A DNA stretch of 63,828 bases, filler included, from Rozella allomycis CSF55 (GCA_000442015.1; 9 parts of 9 records of this genome joined end to end with filler, not necessarily neighbours in it); one strand, 5' to 3'; counted from the first letter of the whole stretch, positions 10,071 to 23,424 are shown. Notes: a model not told the origin generated them from the sequence alone. Made by a program: numbers and translations.

Positions 10071-13000
10071 ATGACTACCACTGAACTTTCTTCTACTACG
10101 TCTGGTCATGCTGATCTGCCAGCACCACGCACTCACGTCACTACGCTAACCATCGGCTGTCCCCTGAAAGGCCAAGAAAACTTTGAAGAATGGGCCTGCC
10201 AAATGAAAGTACTCTTAAAGGCACATCAACTGTGGGACAACAAGCAGGATAGTCCCAAAACCGAAAATACTCACGCACATCATGCCATCGTTAACAACCT
10301 TGACAAAACCTTGATTCACTTAGTTCTGGACACCGTTGACGCTTCTGATGCATGGGAACGACTTAAAAGCCAATACAAGAGTGAAAGCGTTCCTAGGAAA
10401 CTCAAATTTATTCAAGAACTTATTGCGCACGACTTTGCTATCGGTACTCTCGAAGACGGTTTTAATCGTGTGGCAACGCTTGAAAGAAATCTTACAGCAT
10501 CCAATGGCTCTGATAGTATCAAAATTACCGACCTGACTTTTCTCATTGGGGTCTCCGCTATCGTCATTATGAAAATACGAAAACTTGTGCAAACGTTTCG
10601 AAGACCAACGCAAAACCAGCTGCCATGCTTGCCGTCAAATGGGTGGCCGATTCTGGATGTTCTGACCACATGGTGAACAATAAAGATCATCTTGATTTTT
10701 ACGCTCCACAGTTAGAAACAATTCATGTAGCCAACGGTACTAATATGACTTCCGAAGGAACCGGATCAATGTCCTATCAAGCCAACAATTTTCAAGGCAT
10801 AATCAAAAACATAATACACTGTCCTTCACTTTCTCATAATCTGCGCTCTATAAGCGAATTTGCTGATCACGGTCTATCCACCATCTTTACGAAATCTAAA
10901 TGTTTGTTTTAAAAGGTAATATTGACGAATTCATAGCGGAAAGTTATGACAGAATTGTTCTGGAAGGTAATCGTGAAGATGCGCTGTACACACNGCTATC
11001 GTCATTATGAAAATACGAAAACTTGTAAGACCAACGCAAAACCAGCTGCCATGCTTGCCGTCAAATGGGTGGCCGATTATGGATGTTCTAACCACATGGT
11101 GAATAATAAAGATCATCTTGATTTTTACGCTCCACAGTTGGAAACAATTCATGTAGCCAACGGTACTAATATGACTTCCGAAGGAACCGGATCAATGTCC
11201 TATCAAGCCCACAATTTTCAAGGCATTATCAAAAACATAATACACTGTCCTTCACTTTCTCATAATTTGCTCTCTATAAGCAAATTTGCTGATCACGGCC
11301 TATCCACCATCTTTACGAAATCTAAATGTTTTGTTTTAAAAGGTAATATTGAAGAATTCATAGCGGAAAATTATGACAGAATTGTTCTGGAAGGTAATCG
11401 TGAAGATGCGCTGTACACACTTCAAACGGAGAAAATGCCGAAAGCAAGACACTACTCAACTTTGGCATAATCGGTTGAATCATATTAATTTTCAAGAACT
11501 AAAGTCACTGGGCTCACGAGTATTTGGATTGCCTCCGTTTACCAATGAAAACTTGAATTCTAATTCTTGCATTGCAGCAAAACAAAAGCGAAAACCTTTT
11601 CCGCATTCATCAACGACAACAACGTGTATCGGAGAATTAATTCACCACGATGTATCTGGCAAGTTTCAAGTAGAGGGAATGAATGGTGAGTTTTACTATT
11701 ACGCATTTTTAGATGACTTTTCAAACTTTCTTATTANTAAAATGCCGAAAGCCCTTCAAGCAAGTAAAGACACTACTCTACTTTAGCATAATCGGTTGAA
11801 TCATATTAATTTTCAAGAACTAAAGCCATTGGGCTCACGAGTGATTGGATTACCTCCGTTTACCAATGAAAACTTGAATTGTAATTTTTGCATTGCAGCA
11901 AAACAAAAGCGACAACCTTTTCCGCATTCATCAACGACAACAACGTGTATCGGAGAATTAATTCACCACGATGTATCTGGCAAGTTTCAAGTAGAGGGAA
12001 TGAATGGTGAGTTTTACTATTACGCATTTTTAGATGACTTTTCAAACTTTCTTATTATTTACCTTTCAGCAACCAAAGATCGTGTTTTTCAAGCTTTTGA
12101 AGAGATCAATAATCGCATTTTTAATCTAACTGGGCGTAATATACAATGTGTTAGGTCTGACAATGGAGAATTAAATTCAAAAGAAATGATTTCCTTCTGT
12201 AAGCAGAAAGGTATCCGCAGGGAGCTAACAGTTCCGTACACACCTCAGCAAAATGGTAAGGTTGAGCGAATGAATCAATCACTTTCAAACTGGCTTCGGG
12301 CAACATTATTTGAATCACAACTACCCTTAGAACTTTGGCCGGAAGCATTAAAGTACATAACGTATACAAAAAACATGACCGCAAAATCTAAAGACATCTC
12401 GAAGACACCCTATGAAGTTTNAAATTCACCACAATGTATCTGGCAGTAGAGGGGATGAATGTTGAGTTTTACTATTACGCATTTTTAGATGACTTTTCAA
12501 ACTTTCTTATTATTTACCTTTTAGCAACTAAAGATCGTGTTTTTCATGCTTTTAAAGAGATCAATAATCGCATCTTTAATCTAACTGGGCGTAATATACA
12601 ATGTGTTAGGTCTGACAATGGAGAATTAAATTCAAAAGAAATGATTTCCTTCTGTAAGCAGAAAGGTATCCGCAGGGAGCTAACAGTTCCGTACACACCT
12701 CAGCGAAATGGTAAGGTTGAGCGAATGAATCAATTACTTTCAAACTGGCTTCGGGCAACATTATTTTAATCACAACTACCCTTAGAATTTTGGCCGGAAG
12801 CATTAAAGAACATTACGTAAACAAGAAACATGACCGCAAAAATCTAAAGACATCTCGAAGACACCCTATGAAGTTTGGTTTGGGCGAAAACCAAACATTT
12901 CACACTTAAGACGGTTTGGCGACATTGGGTTTGTTCATCAACATAAATCCCAACGTCAGGGAAAATTGGCTCCACGTGGAAAGGAAATGGTATTTATTGG

Positions 13001-15135
13001 GTACAGTGAGGAAGCAAAAGGTTATAGGTTAATAGATATGAATACCAGAAAAATATTCATTTCACGCGATGTTCAATTTATTGGTGCAAGCTTCTTTGAC
13101 ACAGAAACTGAGGACAAACCTGAACTTCAAATTGATGACACAGATACGTTTTTCGACTCTAATTTCAGTAATCACATCAATAATGACAGTGCTTCTGACC
13201 CACACAATATCGATAATAGTGACATTACGGATGAACCGATTCAGCAACAATCTTTCTCCCATTTATATGAAATCTCGGAACGCAATATATTACCAGAAGG
13301 ATCCAAGCGTAACCGATCTAGAAATGAAATCCATCAGGTCTTCATGCTATCTAAACAAACTATCTCTGAAGCTCCAGAACATTATCGTGATATTGAACAC
13401 CGTGCAGTTAAAGAACTCTGGTATCAAGCTGTCAAAGAAGAATTTGATGGACTTAACTCTCATGGAACTTAGGAGCCCGCAAACACAGTTCCAAATGACA
13501 GGGTACCAATTGGCGGCCGTTNTAAAATATTTATTTCACGCGATGTTCAATTTACTGGTGCAAGCTTCTTTGACACGAAAACTGAGGACAAACCCGAACT
13601 TCAAAGTGATGACACAGAAACGTTTTTCGACTCTGATTTCAGTAATCACAGCAATAATGACAGTGCTTCTGACCCACACAATATCGATAATAGTGACATT
13701 ACGGATGAACCGATTCAGCAACAATCTTTCTCCCATTTATATGAAATCTCGGAACGCAATATATTACCAGAAGGATCCAAGCGTAACCGATCTAGAAATG
13801 AAATCCATCAGGTCTTCATGCTATCTAAACAAACTATCTCTGAAGCTCCAGAACATTATCGTGATATGGAAAACCGTGCAGATAAGGAACTCTGGTATCA
13901 CGCAGTCAAAGAAGAGTTGGATGGACTTAACTCTCATGGAACTTGGGAGCCCGCAAACACAGTTCCAAATGACAGGGTACCAATTGGCTGCCGTTGGGTG
14001 TTTAAATTAAAAAGGAACGCTGACGGATCAATAAGTAGATATAAGGCTCGTCTTGTGGCCCAAGGATATTCCCAGATTCCAGGTGTTGATTTTGAAAACA
14101 CTAATGCACCAGTCGCTTACAAAGATTCTCTGAGATTATTTCTATCTTTATCTATGATTTACGGCTTTACTATTGATCTGATGGATATTGTGCAAGCATT
14201 TCTTATTCCAACCCTAACTGAAACAATTTTCATGAAAATTCCGGAAGGTCTGAACCAGATAAATTCGCCGTGCCTACGTCTAAAGAAGGCATTATATGGG
14301 CTGCGACAGGCGCCANATAAAGAACTCTGGTATCAAGCTGTCAAAGAAGAATTGGATGGACTTAACTCTCATGGAACTTGGGAGACCGCAAACACAGTTC
14401 CAAATGACAGGGTACCAATTGGCTGCCGTTGGGTGTTTAAATTAAAAAGGAACGCTGACGGATCAATAAGTAGATATAAGGCTCGTCTTGTGGCCCAAGG
14501 ATATTCCCAGATTCCAGGTGTTGATTTTGAAAACACTTATGCACCAGTCGCTTATAAAGATTCTCTGAGATTACTTCTTTCTTTATCTATGATTTACGGT
14601 TTTACTATTGATCAGATGGATATTGTGCAAGCATTTCTTATTCCAACCCTAACTGAAACGATTACCATGAAAATTCCGGAAGGTCTGAACCAGATAAATG
14701 CGCCGTGCCTACGTCTAAAGAAGGCATTATATGGGCTGCGACAGGCGCCAAAATGTTGGAACGAGGAAATTGACTCATTTTTAAAAGGTATAGGGCTCAC
14801 TGCTTCGTACATGGGCTGCGACATGCGCCAAAGCGTTGGAACGAGAAAATTGACTCATTTTTAAAAGGTATAGGGCTCACAGCTTCTACAATCGATCCCT
14901 GCATTTATGTGGGTAAAGTGAATGATGAACTATTTTTGTTGGGACTCTATGTGGATGACATCATAATTGCAGGAACTCCAGAAACCAAGAAGATTATTTT
15001 GAAGTAAAAGATTTGGGGACAATGAAGTATTGTCTTGGTTTTGAAGTTGAACAACACCCTGAACAACATTATTTAATTATGCATCAAAATTCGTTTATTG
15101 AAAACTTGCTACGAATTACCGGGATGGAAAATGAA
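10071..15135 (+). pseudogene. Copia gag-pol fragments (gag, protease, integrase, RT)
   Basis: ENFEEWACQMK gag; WVADSGCSDHM protease; LWHNRLNH..C..C; VRSDNGE..PQQNGKVERMN integrase; RYKARLVAQG and LYVDD RT; stops, frameshifts and overlapping duplicates at single n joins. Confidence 0.92.
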
Positions 15136-15261
15136 TCAATAAACTCCGTGGAGATTAATCCTCCGGTTACCTACCAATTACCAATTCCAATTCTTATGTC
15201 TTCTGATTCTAATTCACCAGTTAACGTCACCTATTAATATCAGAGCTACAGGAGCTTAAGN

Positions 15262-15640
15262 CAATACTTTCATGTAATTTTACCAACGGAAGGTCCAAAA
15301 AATTTTGAATATTCAACACCATTAGAGAGTCTAGGTAACACAGGGCCTGTTTATAAAATTGATGGTATTCTCAACTTGTCACGGAAGATCTTGCACAATA
15401 TATGTACGACTTGTGTTTCGGGACCCTAGTAATAGAAATAATTCGCGACAAACTCAAAATACAACAAAAGAAAAATATTTTATTTAGTCAAATGGAAAGT
15501 ATGCGAGAATCGTGAGGCAAAATGGGAACCTTTGGAAAACATAACGGATTGCATGGAGAGTGTGTATGATTTTCATATTAGGAACAAGAATAAGCCATGT
15601 CCAAAATCACGCGATTTCTTGAGAAACCTAGCTATATAAT
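15262..15640 (+). mobile_element. Ty3/Gypsy chromovirus fragment (integrase C-terminus and chromodomain)
   Basis: YFYLVKWKVCENREAKWEPLENITDCMESVYDFH chromodomain, preceded by an FHV motif. Confidence 0.7.
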
Positions 15641-15729
15641 GTAAACCTTATCGAATCATCTGCATCCATCTGATAGAGTCTATCTCCAAAGCCTATGTTG
15701 ACCATATAAGAAGAGCNTTTCGAGTGAAT

Positions 15730-15778
15730 TGTGTGTGTATGTGTGTGTGTGTCTGTCTGTCTGTGTGTGTGTGTATGT
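15730..15778. repeat. (GT)n/(GTCT)n microsatellite
   Basis: Directly visible. Confidence 0.9.
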
Positions 15779-16294
15779 AACCATTTTTGCTTCAGTTTTC
15801 TCCCAAAGTTGGTCTATGAACTCAGAACACCCAATATACCAAGCAATATTTTTTTTCANTAACCTGTTACAATCGCATCAGTGTTAGAATTATCTTTATT
15901 CAAATTGTTAGAATTATCTTTATCGGGCGGGGAGTTTGCGACCAGGACTTCAGAAACGATTATTGGCATGTTGGGTTAACACCATTTTCACCTCNTGGGA
16001 TGGAAAATGCAAACCCAGTATCAACTCCACATAATTCAAGCATAAAGCTGACTAAAGAAACCCCTGATAATATTGCAGAAATCGAGTTCATGAATGGCGT
16101 ACCTTATCGAAGTATACTTGGAAAACTTTTGCATCTGTCCACTGGCACGCGTCCTGATATCTCNCTGAAATACGGAAACGCAATTTATAAATAAATCTAT
16201 TTTAACTTCTTAAAAAAATGTTTAATAGAACAAAGCACAAATAGTTTGTTTTTGTGCGGCGCCCTATTCACTCCCTTGTGTCGTACCTAGCCCA

Positions 16295-16530
16295 TGGGGG
16301 GACACCTGTAGTAAGGTCGGATATCAAACTCCAGATAAGGCTTATACGACACCTTTAACATTCATCAACATGAATATTACAACCATTCTTGATGGATCTC
16401 AAAGATGTTACCTTAGCACCGACTACGCACCTGTAGTAAGGTCGGAGATCAATGTCAACATAAGAATCTTTGGATACCTCTAATAGCAACTAATACAAAT
16501 ATAACAACCATTTTGCGTGGGATCTGAGAT
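16295..16530 (+). repeat. Possible LTR remnant with a diverged ~125-bp tandem duplication
   Basis: GGGGGGAC tract, then TGTAGTAAGGTCGGA at 16307, repeated at 16432. Confidence 0.45.
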
Positions 16531-17425
16531 ATAAGTGACAATTGTAATTATAAAAGAGAGGAGTCATAATTCTCAAAGGATCTCTTAATCCTGACGGATC
16601 TCTATTCTGATACCACTTATAGAAAGGATACTATTTATAGAAAGGACCAACATATAAAACTCTAAGGAGATATCAATAAATAGAACGGAGGATAATCCAT
16701 TCTCAATCAACATCTGTTTTACTCTTTTATCTTACGACTTACTTTCCAATTTATGAGGATTCAGATACTATAGGCGCATGGAGCGACACCTTGTATCCGG
16801 TATTGTTTATTAGAATAAATGAAAATCGATATTTGGACCTTGTCGTGTGAAGGACGGTTTCGTTCTTTTTAATGGACGTTTGGGACAATAATCCGTCAAG
16901 AACAAACAGGTAAAAGGCCTGTGAGGTATGAACTGCCGGGCGAAGTAGAACGTTTTTGGATTTATCTCTTTGAACGTTTTCTATATTTAGTACCACTTGC
17001 TATTTAACAGGTTAATTGTAAAACATGAAGTTAATTAAAATCCTGTTATTACAACACATAGCAACATTAATCATGACTAGGTTATTGCCCACACCCATCA
17101 CCATGCAGGCAGCAGGGCACAGCATCTATATTCGACCTTTTCACAAACAGCATTTATCATTAAAATATGTATCAAGTGATTTAGGAAAGAGTCAATTAAT
17201 TTACTTCATGACAAATATCCGTGTCATACTTTACCTATTAAAGGGTCCTGGAAGTTTTGTCTCATATCTGAGTCACAATTAATACCCTGAGATTCCATTC
17301 GAAGTCCCTAACATAAATCTGACATTCATTGTTGAAAACCTCGAACTATGTTGAAACTCACCCTAGGGGGTCCTTGTAATGAGTCAACCATTGCATAAGG
17401 AAGTAACCTTGAAGATCATCAGATN

Positions 17426-18215
17426 CCAAACCCAGTATCAACTCCACAAAATTCAAGCATAAAGCTGACTAAAGAAACCCCTGATAATATTGCAGAAATC
17501 GAGTTCATGAATGGCCTACCTTATCGAAGTATACTTGGAAAACTTTTGCATCTGTCCACTGGAACGCGTCCTGATATCTCTGCAGCAGTCAGCACTTTAG
17601 CAAGGTTTCAAGACAATCCATCACATCAGCATTGGAACGCTATTAAACATCTTCTCAAATATCTTAGAGGAACAAGCAAATTTGGTCTCAAGCTTGGCGG
17701 GAAAAGTAAAGGTGCAAACAATGAAAATATATCAAACAATAATTTATTAGATGTTCGTATTTACGCAGACGCCGATTGGGGTGGCTGTCAAGACACTGGA
17801 AAATCCACTACTGGTTTTTGCTTAATGGTAAACGAAGGCTGCGTAGCCTGGCAAAGTAAACTTCAATCTTGCACTGCGTTGTCCAGCACAGAGGCCGAAT
17901 GGTATGCTCTAACATCTGCCACACAACAAGCGATTTGGTTTTGGGAATTGTTAATTGATATGGGGCAGAATCTGAACTAGCCGACAACAATCTACCAAAG
18001 TACCATGAAGCTGATTGATCTGAAAAGAATCGAGCAAGAAGCAAACATTTCTTAATCAGACAAAATTTTATAAAGGAAAAGAGAGACGATAAAATTGTAG
18101 AAATTCTTTACTGTACAACCTCTGATCAAGTAGCTGACATCTTTACCAAGAACCTACCAAAGGCACCCTTCCTTAAACACTTTCAATCCTTAGAGCTATC
18201 AGCTGCTTCCCTTGA
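17426..18215 (+). pseudogene. Copia RT C-terminus and RNase H
   Basis: [45 protein letters not shown]. Confidence 0.92.
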
Positions 18216-18304
18216 GGGGGTGTGTTTATACAAGGGTATTCGCTTACTGTCATAAAAGGCACCCATTTAATAAATTTTCTTCACTTCCTTTAAAATCTTT
18301 AATA
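18214..18304 (+). repeat. Polypurine tract (GAGGGGGTG) and Copia 3' LTR (18223-18304)
   Basis: Direct repeat of the 5' LTR, followed by TSD AGTTT. Confidence 0.92.
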
Positions 18305-19039
18305 AGTTTACTTACCGGCTATATACGGTAAGTTACCGTATAGTGACCAAATGCTTACCGGTAAGTGGTATTGACTAAGCCACAATTTTTATCACCGACA
18401 AATAGAAAAACTTGCATTTATTTCTATTAATCAATGCAATTTGGACAGCGTGGACTCACGAGACTACATTGGAAATAATGATTCATTGAGCGAAGAACAT
18501 TAGCGCCCAATAAATAAATAAATTACCAAATTTACTTACCTACTCACTTACCGGTATACTTACCGGTACTAACGGTAACTTACCGTATAGTAAATTTTAC
18601 TTACCGGTAATCTCGGAACCCNGCGAAGAAGAATAAAGAGGAACACCCACTTAATTAATAAAATTTACTTACTTACTCACTTACCGGTATACTTACCGGT
18701 ACTTACGGTAACTTACCGTATAGTAAATTTTACTTACCGGTAATCTCGGAACCCTAGATTCAAAGGAATGTAAGCCATTAAAGTCAAATGCCACAGACCA
18801 CAGTATTAGGGTCATTAAAGTAAAACCTTTTCAAGGTCCTATTCAACCCATTATTTTTAATTTTTTCAGCTAATTCAGGATTATTATTGTTTTTGGCGTC
18901 AAATATGGCAACTTTAAAAACATATTCAAAATCTTGAATTCTGGTATCAGTATCGGATTATCTTCTTTTAAAAACAAATTTTTTTTAAATATATCAACAT
19001 TTTTTATTGATTAATTAAATTTTTAGNTCCAAGTGACTT

Positions 19040-19163
19040 ATTCAATGAAGCTATTCGAGATGCTTTTCGAAACGGTCATGTAGAAGTTGTTAAACTTTTG
19101 CTTGCAGATCCTAGAGTGGACCCAGAAGCGTTGAATAATTAAGCTATCGGCGAGGCTTCTTAA
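19040..19163 (+). pseudogene. Ankyrin-repeat relic
   Basis: EAIRDAFRNGHVEVVKLLLADPRVDPEALNN*AIGEAS*. Confidence 0.7.
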
Positions 19164-19914
19164 GAATGTTACTTATTTTATGAAACCATTTAAATTACTT
19201 TGATAATAAAAAAGCTTGTTTTAGAACAGAATGAAACTCAATAGTTGTATCATCCCGATGTTCTCAATATAGTTTTGTTATCCCCGATAACTGATAAATA
19301 TAATCCGCCAAGTGGCAGATCTGTTTCTGTTGTCCAGTGTCCTGGTAGGTTATAGGTAATAGGTATGCCGTAGAAAAACTAATTAAAGGTCTCCGATGAA
19401 ACCTTTGGCCTTCCTCTCTGCGATGACCGTTTTAGGCAAGATTATTAGTCCGAGTCGACTTCGTACGGCATGAAATTGTCACAAAGAGGACATTCTGCAA
19501 AGTCTTGGTGTTAAACAGGTCGTCTTTTTTCATGTGGTCATTTTGTGAAGCTCTAGGAATTAAAATATCAATAAAAACCATTTTATGTTTTGCAACATTT
19601 TATTTAAGAACCTTATAAATTTAGATTAGTATAAGACTATTCAATGAAACATTTCAGCACCGCTTTACGGTCTTTCTATTTTCATTACTGGTTACATTTT
19701 TTCTAGAGGCATGATCAATAATTGGCACCTTATCTCTCACTAAAAATAATTTGCAAATTTTTATAATTAAACGCCACCTGAATGAAACCGTTAATTTTGT
19801 TTTCAAGTATGATCAGCAACATCATACACACTATTTCAGACTATACAGACACCTTCAAACAATATTTGGCACCTGAAACAGTAAAAACGTTTTAGATCTA
19901 ACACGTAGTTTCAC

Positions 19915-20394
19915 ATGCCATTTTCAAACTCCACTACCCTGGGTCAAAATTCAAATTTAGAAAGCAAAATATTAACAGATCTTAATATGGATTCAGAAAA
20001 GGCGCAGTATTTCGTTCAGGTCAAACCGCACTTGGACGATCACGGGCCATACTGCGTAGATGACGAGATCCCATTGGAACCCGGTAGTATAGAAAATGAA
20101 ACTTACAGAAACACAGAAAGTGAACACAGTCAAATGCAATCGCACACCATGGATTCAACTCTATCATTGACTACTAGTGAATCGTCGCTGAATTCAGATA
20201 TTTCCCAAGATTCATCATGTAAATATAAGCAAAAAAGAAGGAAGAGAAAAAAATTTCGCGTTCCAATAGTCCTAATATCACTTCTGTCAGCGGGCTCTGC
20301 AGTTGCATTTGCAGCGGGTATTATGGCGTTTAGATATTCAAGGAGGACAAGCAAGATTTATAATTTTCAGGATTATCTGACGAACCTTGCGTAG
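19915..20394 (+). CDS. Hypothetical tail-anchored membrane protein
   Basis: Ser-rich region, basic patch, C-terminal TM helix. Confidence 0.55.
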   Translation: MPFSNSTTLGQNSNLESKILTDLNMDSEKAQYFVQVKPHLDDHGPYCVDDEIPLEPGSIENETYRNTESEHSQMQSHTMDSTLSLTTSESSLNSDISQDSSCKYKQKRRKRKKFRVPIVLISLLSAGSAVAFAAGIMAFRYSRRTSKIYNFQDYLTNLA

Positions 20395-20483
20395 TTCAGT
20401 TTGGTGTTATATTATCACGATTTCTTGTCAGGATTGTTTTGATTGATCAATTTTGTAATAAAATACTAGAATAAATCAATTTA

Positions 20484-21882
20484 TTACTTTTTCACGCAAT
20501 CAATGTGTGTCAAGTCTTGTGACAAATCGTCCAACTCTCTCCTCAACTGGTAAATCTCATTGACCAAATCTCGATTATGCATCTTTAAAAGATCCACCGT
20601 ACTTTCGTAAATTGCGAATTTTCGTTCATAAACTGTTTTGTATGCTGGATTTGACGAGTCTGTATTTAATTCGTTTAGTTCTTCTGAAATTCCAGTTTTA
20701 ATATCATGCGAGACATCAATATTCTTGACACGATTTGATATTAAAGTTATTGGCGCATCATCGTCAAGCGATGAGCAAGTTCTCTGTTTGTAATCGCCAC
20801 ACTTATACCATTTCAATCTATTATCTGTAAGATTTAAAATATAATGCATAAACTCTTGAAAAACCGGGTTGGTTGATTGCGATATGTAGTCCAAAATTCT
20901 TCCAATACACGGCTTCCTTTGTTCGTTAAGGAGCAACAACAATGCGCCCAACATTCTGTCGAATGATTCTTCGGAACTAGGTAGTTCAAGATAGTCGAGC
21001 ATAAAGAGGCCCAAATTATAGTATCGCTTAGAGAAGACTATTTTGAGATCGTCGACGACAATTTGTGCACTCTCNGGGTAGTTCAAGATAGTCAAGCATA
21101 AAGAGACCCAAATTATAGTATCGCTTAGAAAAGACTATTTTGAGATCTTCGACGACAATTTTTGCACTCTCCTTGCTTTTCAGGATCCAAGGAATTAAAG
21201 GAATCAAATGTATCTCTTGTTCTCTATCCAGTAACGTTTCAATGTTCATTCTATTAAAGGGACTTTGAAAAAAGTCGTATGGATTGTTTTCTTGTAGATA
21301 ATTCACAATTCTTGTGTTAAACAAAAAATCAAGTTTATGCCAACGATTCGCAAAAAACACAGTCAAAAACAATGTAGAGTAGTCAATCTTGTTATGGGAT
21401 TCAAAAAACTTTCCCATTGCGGGCTCTTCCTCCTCAAACGTTATCATATCAATTGCAATAGCAGTTTGAATTTTGGCATCATCAAACACATGACCATTCA
21501 TTATAAAAAATTCTATCGAAGACCAATAGTTATTCAAAGTTTGAAAATACATATTCTTGATGCCATCAAAAAAGCGGCTAAATAAAGAGTTTCTTTCATC
21601 AGGACGAAGTTCTTCATAAATTTTTTTCAACTTGGGTTCTTTACTAGAATCTAAGAGTTCTCCTAGTAGTTGGTCAATTTTCTGCTCATTGGATATCGAA
21701 ACTTCGTAGACATCAGCGGGATCGATTCTTTCATTTACTAAAACGGGATCTCCCTCTGCCGAAGATCCTGAAACTAAATTAGACTGTGCCGATAGAACCT
21801 CGGGAACAACACCGCCCACTTGTTCATTGTTTTGTAAAGACCCCAAAACCAAAAACACGAGGATTAAGAAATACTGGTGCAT
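20484..21882 (-). CDS. Orphan secreted protein (one gene, split by a duplicated join at n21075)
   Basis: Signal peptide MHQYFLILVFLVLGS; the two ORFs share ESA.IVV.DLKIVFSKRYYNLGLFMLDYLELP. Confidence 0.7.
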
Positions 21883-21948
21883 CGAATTTAGATGTGGCTA
21901 AGACTTTCCCGGCTGATAACAAATCAAAGGACAATGACTTGGATATTT

Positions 21949-22389
21949 TTATTGCTTTCGAAATTGTCTAAACTTTCTTTTCAATAGCTTTACAAAAGGA
22001 TTGCAATAGGTTGGAGTTGACTTTTGTTCTGATTCTACATTAACGTTTTTGTTATTTGGTGAATCTGGATTTTCAGGCACACAAGCATTATAGTTTCCAA
22101 GTTCATAGTTATCATCGATATTGGGACGACGCTTGTTGACAAATATGGACACATCGCCACTTGATGTTGCATCGGTTCCGTCGCTATCATAAAAACCAAT
22201 ACTTGGTGATCGTGTCACAATTTGAAATTCACATTGATTTAAATGCAAGGGCTTTTCTGTATCTTCATGATCAAAGGAAGGATATTCTTCCACGGCTGAA
22301 AAGAACGTGCATAATTTAGATTCTGACGAAGACTCAATCATAATAGAAAGATCTGTCGCTGTTCTATTATTTAATTCGGAACTCGACAC
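21949..22389 (-). CDS. Hypothetical protein (start uncertain, next to an n-join)
   Basis: 146-aa open frame, no ATG seen. Confidence 0.4.
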   Translation of the reverse strand: MSSSELNNRTATDLSIMIESSSESKLCTFFSAVEEYPSFDHEDTEKPLHLNQCEFQIVTRSPSIGFYDSDGTDATSSGDVSIFVNKRRPNIDDNYELGNYNACVPENPDSPNNKNVNVESEQKSTPTYCNPFVKLLKRKFRQFRKQ

Positions 22390-22527
22390 ATTAAAAANTT
22401 TAAATCGGAACTCGACACATTAAAAATTGAATTTGTAACCAAGATATAGAATAGAAGTAGCATTTGGATAGTGGCTTTGCTGCCTGCTGACGGTATAAAC
22501 TTGTCAAAAATACATTAAATGAGAAAT

Positions 22528-23319
22528 TTATTTATTGAGGTGACGAATTTTGCTCTTAACCGACTTAGAAACCTTAGCCATCTTTTTCAAGGCCGATTTC
22601 AAAATAGATTTTTTATCTTTCTTCTGATCAACAATTGAATCAATATCAATTTTTGATTTTGTGATTAATGGGCTAGTAATGAAAAAGTTCGGTTTTTGAT
22701 GTTCTATCGCTATTTCGTCGGTTTGTATGCACATTTCCTTCTTATGACTATTTTCCTCGGTCTGGACATCCGCGCATGTTCTTGATGGCTGATCCGTTTG
22801 AATGCCTTTGTTGACTTTTGTCTTTAGTTTCTTTATATTCACCTCTTTGTACTCGGGAATTCGGTAATTCATTGGGACATCAGGAATGTAGTCCCTGATT
22901 TTATCATCGCGTGGAATTTTAATATCCTGCGGAACATTCTTTTCTACCAATTCCAGACATCTATTTATTCCGGACAAAATGTCTTCAGCTTGATTCATGA
23001 ACAAATTGTCTTGAACTTTGATCAAGCTAGATAAAGAGATAGTGCCAGAAAGTTCATTTAGCATCTCTTGGACCCTAGGGAACTGAACATGGTAACAACT
23101 TTCCTCTGCTTCTAAATACGCTTGTGACAAAGGATCGAAAGACTGTTGAACTTTCAAGGGAGCGTCTACTTTTTCTCTTTTTGCTTCTGAAGCTATCTTA
23201 TAGTTGACATAGTCTGGATTCGGAATTATACATGCCAGCGTGAAGTTTACCAACTGGAAGAAAAAAAATACCCACATTGCGGTGGCGTAGTTTTTCATAA
23301 ACCTCATACCCATGTCCAT
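22528..23319 (-). CDS. Orphan secreted protein with basic C-terminus
   Basis: Hydrophobic N-terminus WVFFFFQLVNFTLA; intronless. Confidence 0.65.
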   Translation of the reverse strand: MDMGMRFMKNYATAMWVFFFFQLVNFTLACIIPNPDYVNYKIASEAKREKVDAPLKVQQSFDPLSQAYLEAEESCYHVQFPRVQEMLNELSGTISLSSLIKVQDNLFMNQAEDILSGINRCLELVEKNVPQDIKIPRDDKIRDYIPDVPMNYRIPEYKEVNIKKLKTKVNKGIQTDQPSRTCADVQTEENSHKKEMCIQTDEIAIEHQKPNFFITSPLITKSKIDIDSIVDQKKDKKSILKSALKKMAKVSKSVKSKIRHLNK

Positions 23320-23424
23320 GGAACAAACGTTAAGTAAATTAGGGGAATTAGAAGNAACGTAAATTAGCCAGTCGGAATAGGGGGATTAGGGTTATTAAGA
23401 TAAGATAACTTTTGAAATTAGCAT

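Larger units (their letters stand above)
9964..18304 (+). mobile_element. Ty1/Copia LTR retrotransposon (degenerate; interior inflated by collapsed copies and foreign fragments)
   Basis: Paired LTRs, 5-bp TSD AGTTT (9959-9963 and 18305-18309), PBS, PPT, domain order gag-PR-IN-RT-RH. Confidence 0.95.
9932..18756. mobile_element. Non-autonomous hAT-like element (MITE, ~350 bp native) split by the Copia insertion
   Basis: TIRs TAGTGTTCCG (9932) and CGGAACCCTA (ends 18756); 8-bp TSD GATTCAAA at 9924-9931 and 18757-18764; many CTTACCG/CGGTAAG subterminal motifs; right end duplicated at n18622. Confidence 0.85.

Noticed and set aside
11000-14000. RIP-like mutation among Copia copies
   Set aside because: Differences include many transversions; no clear CpA-to-TpA bias by eye
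10550-14870. Apparent duplication of every pol domain (a 'double' retrotransposon)
   Set aside because: Breakpoints mostly coincide with single-n joins, so these are collapsed paralogous copies
18305-18756. CTTACCGGTA repeat array as CRISPR or telomeric repeat
   Set aside because: Irregular spacing, both orientations, and bounded by TIR and TSD: transposon subterminal motifs
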